Below, piece by piece: positions 57,466 through 64,000 of a stretch of 64,000 bases of DNA. Location: positions 8,192 through 72,191 of the forward strand of contig JAWPOE010000001.1 in NCBI GenBank assembly GCA_033345195.1. Direction: 5' to 3'. Below the pieces are notes generated by a model. The model was given only the letters and a program-made list of their open reading frames with translations. It was not told the origin of the DNA and did not search any database. Origin of the DNA: Alphaproteobacteria bacterium (GTDB lineage: Bacteria > Pseudomonadota > Alphaproteobacteria > Rs-D84). How positions within the stretch are numbered: the first letter of the stretch is position 1; the number at the start of each line of letters is the position of its first letter. The translations under genes and the position numbers were made by a program.

Positions 57466-58173
57466 ATGTTCAGAACAATTGTTTTCAAAACCGCCTTGGC
57501 AACACACTTTATCTTATGGTCACCAATATTATTAGTTGGCTTAATCAATAAAAAACTGTGTGGCTATTTGGTGTTTAAGTGTGCCGCCGGCGTTCTGGTC
57601 GTTGCCCGCATTTTTGGTGGCATAAAATATCAGGTCAATTATCCCAAAACCGAAGAAAACGGTATTCCCGTTATGCCAAACGGCAACGTACGCCTGGATG
57701 GCAAGGTTATAATCGCCGCCAAACATATGTCTATTTTGGAAATTGCCGTCATTTCAAAGGTCGTAAAAAACACGTTCTTTATTCTGAAACGCGAATTATT
57801 ATGGATTCCGATTTACGGTTGGTCATTTTGGCGCATGGGCATGATTGGCGTTAATCGCGCCAAGGGTCGCACAAACCTGTCAAAACTGTCCAACCAGGTC
57901 GAAGACGAAATTCGCAACGGTCGCATTTTGGTCATATTCCCCGAAGGCACACGCGCAAAACCAGGCCAACACGTGCCATTAAAAGGCGGCCTGTTGTTTC
58001 TGGCACGTCACTTAAAACTGCCTATTTTACCAGTTGGCACAGACGCAGGTTTATATTGGCCAAAGCGCGGTCGCATAACGCCGGGTACCGCAACCGTCAC
58101 ATTCGAACCAATCTTGCCCAGCAAGGCATCACTGGACGAAATTAGCGAGGCAATTAACCGCCACAGCGCATAA
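57466..58173 (+). CDS. plsC: 1-acyl-sn-glycerol-3-phosphate acyltransferase
   Basis: The start was set at MFRTIVF with RBS AAAGGA. Contains KHMSILE (HX4E instead of HX4D) and FPEGTR. Confidence 0.8.
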   Translation: MFRTIVFKTALATHFILWSPILLVGLINKKLCGYLVFKCAAGVLVVARIFGGIKYQVNYPKTEENGIPVMPNGNVRLDGKVIIAAKHMSILEIAVISKVVKNTFFILKRELLWIPIYGWSFWRMGMIGVNRAKGRTNLSKLSNQVEDEIRNGRILVIFPEGTRAKPGQHVPLKGGLLFLARHLKLPILPVGTDAGLYWPKRGRITPGTATVTFEPILPSKASLDEISEAINRHSA

Positions 58174-58198
58174 AAATCCCCCGATTGGGGGATTTTTT
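58172..58198. terminator. Bidirectional intrinsic terminator
   Basis: aaaaa-tccccc-gatt-ggggga-tttttt lies between convergent genes. Confidence 0.65.
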
Positions 58199-58595
58199 AT
58201 TGCACAGCATGATATACGACACCATTATATTTGACATTGATTGCGCCAGTGGCACTGCCAGATTCTAAATCCACGTAACATACCATATTATTATATTTAA
58301 TATGAATTGATGGACTGGTAGATTTATCAGAATACAGCGGGAACGACAATCCACCAGATGTGTTTAATTTTGTAATACCTGCACCACACAACGCGCGAAC
58401 CAACCAACATGCACCAGTCGCGCCCACCGAACACACTTCTGATACATCATGCGCAACATAACCCGACGAACACGCACCACCCACCGCAGGCACAAATGTA
58501 TCATATTCAACCGCAACAAAACCAGCCGGACATGATTGCGCAAATGCACAAAACGGGTACAACAAAAATAAAATTAATCTATTTCTACTACGCAT
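58197..58595 (-). CDS. Small secreted Cys-rich protein, C-module form
   Basis: The ATG at 58595 overlaps the upstream TAG by 8 nt (ATGCGTAG). Has a signal peptide. CPAGF..CGAGITKLNTSGGLSFPLY..NVKYNGVVYHAVQ is homologous to the C-terminal half of 33652..34380. Confidence 0.7.
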   Translation of the reverse strand: MRSRNRLILFLLYPFCAFAQSCPAGFVAVEYDTFVPAVGGACSSGYVAHDVSEVCSVGATGACWLVRALCGAGITKLNTSGGLSFPLYSDKSTSPSIHIKYNNMVCYVDLESGSATGAINVKYNGVVYHAVQ

Positions 58596-58998
58596 AAGGA
58601 TTATCACAAACTACTTTTTCGGGACACTTTTCAACCATACACTTTGGAACGATTGCGCCACAAAGGCTAGCATCCGTATACAATCCTGAATCACACCCAA
58701 CCACATATCCATACGGCATAACAAACGGATGTAACATAAAACAAGTATGACGATAACTATAATAACCATACGGATTTGGCAAACTCACTTCATTAAACGC
58801 AATAGAAACACTATTAGACTCAATATCATCCAATGCAATCCCTGACACATCAACCCCACAACAATTTGCACTCCACGCCATTCCCGAATAGCTAAAATTT
58901 GTACATGATGTACATGTACTTAAATCCGGCACACACATTGTGGCGGCATTTGCGCCCCCACACATCAATAGAAATAACAAACAAATACTTCGTCTCAT
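58588..58998 (-). CDS. Small secreted Cys-rich protein, N-module form
   Basis: Strong RBS AAGGGGG and a signal peptide ending GANA. TCFMLHPFVMPYGY is homologous to the N-terminal half of 33652..34380. Confidence 0.7.
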   Translation of the reverse strand: MRRSICLLFLLMCGGANAATMCVPDLSTCTSCTNFSYSGMAWSANCCGVDVSGIALDDIESNSVSIAFNEVSLPNPYGYYSYRHTCFMLHPFVMPYGYVVGCDSGLYTDASLCGAIVPKCMVEKCPEKVVCDNPYA

Positions 58999-59219
58999 TT
59001 TTCCCCCTTACAAAAAAACCGCCACAAGGATTGACGGTCGGGGTGTTAGAAAAGTCAACTATTTAAGACCCCGTTGCTTTCAACATATAACAACGGCACC
59101 CCGACATGATGTGGGGCAAAAATAACGGCGCAAAAACACCGAATTTATCGGATTACGATGCGTTTGCACCGAAATAGTTAGGCTTTTCTAAGGCCCGAAC
59201 CCAAATCCCTCTGGATTCA
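58999..59219 (-). promoter_or_regulatory. Candidate cis-regulatory structured 5' leader RNA, copy B
   Basis: 59035-59232 aligns with 34421-34615. It has the same architecture: promoter, conserved core, terminator, RBS. Confidence 0.6.
59011..59038 (-). terminator. Leader (attenuator) intrinsic terminator, copy B
   Basis: On the minus strand, ACCGUCA-AUCCUUG-UGGCGGU followed by UUUUUUUG, then AAGGGGG and the ATG. The stem sequence is unrelated to copy A but forms the same structure. Confidence 0.6.
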
Positions 59220-59225
59220 GAACGT

Positions 59226-59254
59226 ATTATACATCAAAACAACAAAAAAGACAA
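59226..59254 (-). promoter_or_regulatory. Candidate sigma70 promoter of leader B
   Basis: On the minus strand, TTGTCT-17 nt-TATAAT. Confidence 0.5.
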
Positions 59255-59281
59255 ATACAATAATAAATAAAAATTTAAAGG

Positions 59282-59692
59282 CTATTTACACCACGACTTT
59301 CTTTTTCCACCACTGTACCGTCGTGCCAATTTTTCACGAACCAACACATCACCAACATCACGTCCATCTGGCAAAATAACATTGGCATCAATGCGCCCCA
59401 AATACTTATCATCTTTGATATTCTGTAAATCGACAATCGTTTCAATTGGCAATAAATCCTCTAAGCGTTCTTTGGCACGATGCGCGGCGGCAATTTCCGC
59501 ATCACAATCACCATTTAATTCGGGCGTATCAACATTAATCAAACGAACACGCACAGTGATTTTTGTATCATCGGCCAACGCCACACGCGCCGCAAATGTA
59601 TCACCGTCTAAAACATAGTCCACAATTGCCGGCACCGCATGGGCCGATCCAGATACAAATATACACACAATAAAAAACAATAAGTTTTTCAT
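59282..59692 (-). CDS. Secreted thermonuclease (SNase-like)
   Basis: Starts at MKNLLFFIVCIFVSGSAHA. Contains the motifs DGDTF..VRLINVDTPE and ..DKYLGRIDANV. Confidence 0.8.
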   Translation of the reverse strand: MKNLLFFIVCIFVSGSAHAVPAIVDYVLDGDTFAARVALADDTKITVRVRLINVDTPELNGDCDAEIAAAHRAKERLEDLLPIETIVDLQNIKDDKYLGRIDANVILPDGRDVGDVLVREKLARRYSGGKRKSWCK

Positions 59693-59722
59693 GTTTTTTA
59701 TCCCACGTCTCATATTCCACCA

Positions 59723-59747
59723 TAAAAACCGCCAATTGGGCGGTTTT
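59723..59747 (-). terminator. Intrinsic terminator after tolB
   Basis: accgcc-caatt-ggcggt followed by ttttta on the minus strand. Confidence 0.5.
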
Positions 59748-59753
59748 CATTTA

Positions 59754-61073
59754 TTAGGGCAACTTTGGCGACCATGTTGGTTCCAATCCATTTACCCCAT
59801 CTGGCAATTCAATATCATATACGTTTTGTCCTGTGATATCGACACTGCGAATATGGCTGATACGTTCAATGCCATCAACATGCTTTTCCGTTTCATAGTA
59901 CACAATACGACGGGAACCTGGGGCCCATGACGGCGCCTCCATAAACCAGCCACCTGCCAAGATTTTCTCGTTACGGCCACGCGGATCCATTATACCGACA
60001 TAGAATGTATCATCTGCAATTTTGGTAAATGCAATAAACTGACCATCTGGTGACCATGCCGGCGTCGCATAACGTCCAGAACCATATGTAATACGTTCAA
60101 CCTCGCCCGATTCCAGATCTAAAACATGAATTTGCTGACGTCCAGAACGATCCGAATTAAACGCAATCTTTTTTCCGTCCGGCGAATAAGACGGACTGGT
60201 ATTAATCGAATTACCAAACGTCAATTGACGCAATTCTTTGGTTTCTGTATTAAATTCATACAAATGCGTAATCCCATTTTTTACCAGCGACAATGCAACA
60301 CGCGTACCATCTGGCGAAAAACGTGGCGCAAAATTCATACCCCCAAAATGCCCCAAACGACGCTGTTCGCCTGTATCTAAATCCAAACTCCATACCATTG
60401 GATCATCATTATAATAAGACAAGAAAACAATCGACTGCATATTTGGTGAAAAATGTGGCGACATAACAAACGTGTCTTCATCCGACAAATAACGCATACC
60501 AAAACCATCCTGGTCCATAATTGCCAAACGTTTTATTCTTTTATGCACAGGCCCCGTTTCCGCAATAAACACAATTTGGGTATCAAAGTAACCAATTTCA
60601 CCGGTTAATCTTTCATAAATCGCATCCGCCATGATATGCGCCAAACGACGCGCAGACCTGCGCGATGCGACCAACGACTGCGCCTCTATCTGTTCCTGAC
60701 CTGCGACATCCCAAACAAAAAATTCTAACTTATATCGATTATCTGATTCTGCGGTTAATTTTGCCTGAACCAAAACCTGGGTCTTTATCGCCTGCCAAGA
60801 TTTAAAGTTCGGCATCGCATGCATTTTAACATACTCTGGAAACGCATCATGATTAACGATACGAAATAGACCCGTACGTTTTAAATCAGCCTCAACCACT
60901 TCACGCATCATTTTGGCATCTTTTTCACGCACACCATCACCCGTTTCAAATTTTTGCACAGCGATTGAAATCGGATCCGCACCACCTGCAACGATATCAA
61001 CCTTTAATTCTGCACGCGCTGGCAAAATCAACAACGCACACAAAACAAAAAACGACAATATTTTTTTAATCAT
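59754..61073 (-). CDS. tolB: Tol-Pal system periplasmic protein TolB
   Basis: The start was set at MIKKILSFFVLCALLILPARA. Beta-propeller repeats such as ..SPSYSPDGKKIAF.. and ..PAWSPDGQFIAF... Confidence 0.9.
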   Translation of the reverse strand: MIKKILSFFVLCALLILPARAELKVDIVAGGADPISIAVQKFETGDGVREKDAKMMREVVEADLKRTGLFRIVNHDAFPEYVKMHAMPNFKSWQAIKTQVLVQAKLTAESDNRYKLEFFVWDVAGQEQIEAQSLVASRRSARRLAHIMADAIYERLTGEIGYFDTQIVFIAETGPVHKRIKRLAIMDQDGFGMRYLSDEDTFVMSPHFSPNMQSIVFLSYYNDDPMVWSLDLDTGEQRRLGHFGGMNFAPRFSPDGTRVALSLVKNGITHLYEFNTETKELRQLTFGNSINTSPSYSPDGKKIAFNSDRSGRQQIHVLDLESGEVERITYGSGRYATPAWSPDGQFIAFTKIADDTFYVGIMDPRGRNEKILAGGWFMEAPSWAPGSRRIVYYETEKHVDGIERISHIRSVDITGQNVYDIELPDGVNGLEPTWSPKLP

Positions 61074-61214
61074 AATATTTCCCTTTCCAATTAATACAAA
61101 TACATACGTCAATTTTATACATACAAAACACAAAAATCAAACCCAAATACACACAATACAAACAACAACACAAACCACAATACACACGCCATTACACCTG
61201 TAAATATATTTGTA

Positions 61215-61243
61215 TTGACAATTGTATTTACATTGGTATAGTT
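61215..61243 (+). promoter_or_regulatory. Candidate sigma70 promoter embedded in TTGTAT/TACAAT-type repeats
   Basis: TTGACA-17 nt-ATAGTT (or 16 nt-TATAGT) about 45 nt upstream of the ATG at 61288. Confidence 0.4.
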
Positions 61244-61287
61244 CATTGTAATTACCAACGTATTGCACACTGTATAGGAGATTGCAT

Positions 61288-61512
61288 ATGCCAAACGTGA
61301 TGCAGCAATTGTTCATAATGAACATCGAAACATTGCTAAAAGAATACGCCGCATACAAGGCGTTTAACAAATCAGACTGCGTCATCAACATGCGCATTCC
61401 ACGCCCTATTTTGGACAAGATAAAAGAACTGGCCGACCAACAACACGTCCCATATCAATCACTAATATCATCTGTATTATTTTCACTGGCCAATATCGAA
61501 GATAAAAAATAA
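61288..61512 (+). CDS. BrnA/CopG-like ribbon-helix-helix antitoxin-domain protein (orphan)
   Basis: AGGAG lies 7 nt upstream of the ATG. INMRIPRPILDKIKELADQQHVPYQSLISSVL fits the BrnA (COG3514) pattern. No toxin ORF is adjacent. Confidence 0.55.
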   Translation: MPNVMQQLFIMNIETLLKEYAAYKAFNKSDCVINMRIPRPILDKIKELADQQHVPYQSLISSVLFSLANIEDKK

Positions 61513-61513
61513 A

Positions 61514-61545
61514 CCCCACAAAAATGTGGGGATTTTATTTTTACC
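61514..61545. terminator. Bidirectional intrinsic terminator
   Basis: ccccaca-aaaa-tgtgggg flanked by A and T runs, between convergent genes. Confidence 0.6.
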
Positions 61546-61554
61546 GATTGCAAA

Positions 61555-61884
61555 TTATTTTACAAAAACATATTTTTTACAACCGTTTGCGCAACCACAT
61601 GATTTTGTCGCCGCAGGCGCCAAAACCTGACGCGCAGTACGTGATGTCGCACCAGCATTGTCACGAACATACAAATCACGGCACATTGTATTGCGATACA
61701 CAATCTTTTTATCCATATCCAATGAACGAATATCATCAGAATAACGACGGCCACGTTCTGCAGAATAGAATACACAATCATCGCCATCTTGGGTGTAACG
61801 AACACCACCCTTGTAATAATCATAGTATGAAGAGCAACCAGCCAACACAACCAAGCCCATCAATGCAAACAAAGCTTTTTTCAT
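61555..61884 (-). CDS. Lipoprotein, hypothetical
   Basis: Lipobox in MKKALFALMGLVVLAGC. Confidence 0.65.
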   Translation of the reverse strand: MKKALFALMGLVVLAGCSSYYDYYKGGVRYTQDGDDCVFYSAERGRRYSDDIRSLDMDKKIVYRNTMCRDLYVRDNAGATSRTARQVLAPAATKSCGCANGCKKYVFVK

Positions 61885-62045
61885 TTTTTATCCTTTGTAT
61901 AACTGCTTTCTCTATCACACCCCCGATTCGTATTTAATTGTTGCACAAACACATTCGTTGTCAAGCACCAGACTAATTTTTTCTGCTGTCATCCATACAA
62001 AATATGTTATAATTTCACACATAAATAATCACAAAGGAAGACATT

Positions 62046-62993
62046 ATGACAACATATTCAGACATAGGCTTAGTTAACACAAAACAAATGTTTGCCGACG
62101 CAATTACCAGAAACTATGCAATACCTGCATTTAATTTCTATAACATGGAAACACTAACTGCAATTTTGGACGCTGCCCGCATGGCAAACAGCCCCGTAAT
62201 TTTGGCAGTATCAGAATCCGCCCTAAAATACATGGGCGACGACATGTTAATCGGCATGATACGTGGCGCAAATCTAAACACAAAGAATCAAGTCGCACTG
62301 CATCTGGATCATGGTGGCAGTTTTGATGCATGTAAACACGCAATCGAGCTAGGCTTTTCATCTGTCATGATTGACGCCAGCAAACTGCCCTTTGACGAAA
62401 ATATCAAACTTAGCCAACAAGTCGCTGAATTTGCCCACAAACACAATGTATCTGTTGAGGCAGAACTTGGCACCCTGGCCGGCATCGAAGACGAAAACAC
62501 ATTTGGCGAAACATCATCTTACACCAACCCAGGTGACGTAGAAAAATTTGTAAACGCAACCGGCATCGATTCCTTGGCCATCGCCATCGGCACCAGCCAC
62601 GGCGCCTATAAACGCAAATCCGATAACGAAGAATTACGATTTGACATCTTGGCCGACGTTGCGCAACGCCTGCCCGGATTTCCATTGGTATTACACGGCG
62701 CATCGAACATACCACAAAAACTGGTCACAACGATAAACGAATTTGGCGGCAAAATGTCCGGCACACGTGGCATCGACACAATACAACTGCGCCGCGCAAC
62801 AAAAATGAACGTTTGCAAGATTAATGTAGACAGCGACCTGCGCCTGGGCTTTACCGCTGCAGTACGCAAATCACTATCAGAAAATCCATCAAACTTTAAC
62901 CCACGCGAATTTTTATCATCTGCACGCCAGACAATGACACAAATCTGCCTGGACGAAATCAAAGAGATAATGGGCAGCGAAAATAAATTATAA
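62046..62993 (+). CDS. fba: Class II fructose/ketose-bisphosphate aldolase
   Basis: AIPAFNFYNMET.., HLDHG and LVLHGAS motifs; 315 aa. Confidence 0.88.
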   Translation: MTTYSDIGLVNTKQMFADAITRNYAIPAFNFYNMETLTAILDAARMANSPVILAVSESALKYMGDDMLIGMIRGANLNTKNQVALHLDHGGSFDACKHAIELGFSSVMIDASKLPFDENIKLSQQVAEFAHKHNVSVEAELGTLAGIEDENTFGETSSYTNPGDVEKFVNATGIDSLAIAIGTSHGAYKRKSDNEELRFDILADVAQRLPGFPLVLHGASNIPQKLVTTINEFGGKMSGTRGIDTIQLRRATKMNVCKINVDSDLRLGFTAAVRKSLSENPSNFNPREFLSSARQTMTQICLDEIKEIMGSENKL

Positions 62994-63026
62994 AAATAAA
63001 TTAGAATGATTTAGATAAAAACAAAG

Positions 63027-63064
63027 CGGGAATCGTAGTGTACAGACGCTACATGAGATTCCCG
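63027..63064. terminator. Two-tier hairpin element, copy 4; terminator between fba and efp
   Basis: Outer stem cgggaatc/gattcccg, compensatory relative to copy 3. Core gtgtacagacgctacatga. T-runs on both sides. Confidence 0.6.
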
Positions 63065-63098
63065 ATTTGTTTTTAGATGAATTATTATATTTAATTTT

Positions 63099-63668
63099 TT
63101 ATTTTGCGCGTTCGACGTATTCCAAGGTCTCAGTATTCACAACAATCTTTTCACCTTGTTCGATAAATACAGGAACCTGAACACGAACACCATTGTCCAA
63201 GATTGCAGGTTTACCACCACTGCCCGAAACAGTCTGACCTTTTAACGCAGGCTCTGTTTCTTCGACAACGGCAACAACTGTCTTTGGCAATGAAATAGAT
63301 ACAGGCTGACCTTCGACAAAGTTTGCCTTTACCGTCATTTCCGGTGCCAAGAATTTCATTGCTTCGCCCAATGAATCTACTGGCATTGTAAACTGTTCAT
63401 AATCAGATAAATTCATAAAGAATGCATCTGTACCATCTGCATACAGATATTGACAATCAAAATCTTCGACCATCAACTTTTCAACTTTATCTTCTGCGCG
63501 CCAACGGTCACCACCCTTGTTCCCAGAATCAATATCACGCAGGTCCGCCTGAACAAACGCGCCGCCCTTGCCCGGTTTAACCTTGGTAATAGATGTAACA
63601 GAATAACGTTTACCATTATGCGAAATAACCCAACCCACACGCATATCATTTGCAATATAAGATGCCAT
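63099..63668 (-). CDS. efp: Elongation factor P
   Basis: 189 aa with the KPGKGGAF loop. Confidence 0.93.
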   Translation of the reverse strand: MASYIANDMRVGWVISHNGKRYSVTSITKVKPGKGGAFVQADLRDIDSGNKGGDRWRAEDKVEKLMVEDFDCQYLYADGTDAFFMNLSDYEQFTMPVDSLGEAMKFLAPEMTVKANFVEGQPVSISLPKTVVAVVEETEPALKGQTVSGSGGKPAILDNGVRVQVPVFIEQGEKIVVNTETLEYVERAK

Positions 63669-63733
63669 TTATTTACCTCTTTTTTTAAAAAACCGATAAT
63701 GATTATACGGATAAGACCGCACAACGCAAGGAC

Positions 63734-64000
63734 TTATTGCCCTTCTTCACGCTTGTGCGCCCAATATCTATCGATACTGTCCATAATTAATTTATCTGCC
63801 GTCTCTCTATCTGCCCATCCCTTTACACGCGACCAGGCATTTGACTGCAAATCTTTATAGTGCAAGAAAAAGTATTCTATTTTTGAACGCAGAATTTCTG
63901 GCAATTGTTCGACAAATTCTATTTTTTCATAATAGGGGTCAATTTTATCACGCGGAACACAGATAATTTTTTCATCGCCACCTGCCTGATCTTCCATTAA
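63734..64000 (-). CDS. ppa: Inorganic pyrophosphatase, 5' end outside the window
   Basis: The C-terminal part ..GGDEKIICVP..FFLHYKDL.. is PPase-like. The frame is open to the window edge. Confidence 0.8.
   Translation of the reverse strand, partial: LMEDQAGGDEKIICVPRDKIDPYYEKIEFVEQLPEILRSKIEYFFLHYKDLQSNAWSRVKGWADRETADKLIMDSIDRYWAHKREEGQ

Noticed and set aside
61140-61200. A CA-rich tract upstream of tolB as a microsatellite or phase-variable repeat.
   Set aside because: It is low-complexity (caca, caa, acaa mixtures) with no exact repeating unit.

Overview
AT-rich proteobacterial chromosome segment, probably alphaproteobacterial (alpha-like S12 and EF-Tu sequences, acpP-fabF-mltG order, tolB). 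Taxonomy cannot be confirmed without a search. Backbone, mostly on the minus strand: the complete str-S10-spc-alpha ribosomal superoperon (14.4-33.4 kb, rpsL to rplQ, including a 58-aa rpmD below the ORF-track cutoff), mltG-fabF-acpP, lepA, a GNAT gene, rbfA, ftsEX, plsC, tolB, fba, efp and a partial ppa. Accessory content: (1) 0-14.3 kb is an island of paralogous secreted Cys-rich proteins plus an ankyrin/beta-barrel outer-membrane protein. (2) 45.2-54.8 kb holds a small OMP gene followed by seven tandem paralogous genes. Each encodes a Sec-signal-bearing Ala/Thr-rich coiled-coil fibre protein with phage tail-fibre, TAA-stalk and fibritin-foldon-like motifs, and no other phage genes are present. 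(3) Two loci (33.6-34.6 kb and 58.2-59.3 kb) encode small Cys-rich secreted proteins. Each is preceded by the same ~200-nt leader that starts at a sigma70-like promoter and ends in an intrinsic terminator just before the RBS. This is a candidate undescribed riboswitch or attenuator and is the finding I rate highest. (4) A 0.75-kb mosaic of stacked palindromic REP/MITE-like units lies at 44.46-45.21 kb, with a dispersed copy at 10.6 kb. (5) A two-tier hairpin with a conserved core and covarying outer stems occurs four times in intergenic regions. Also present: a catalytically degenerate integrase-like gene, a frameshifted pal remnant, an orphan BrnA-like antitoxin and several homopolymer tracts. 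No rRNA, tRNA, CRISPR array or transposase was seen. The ORF track uses alternative start codons, so several starts were re-set to the ATG with a Shine-Dalgarno sequence.
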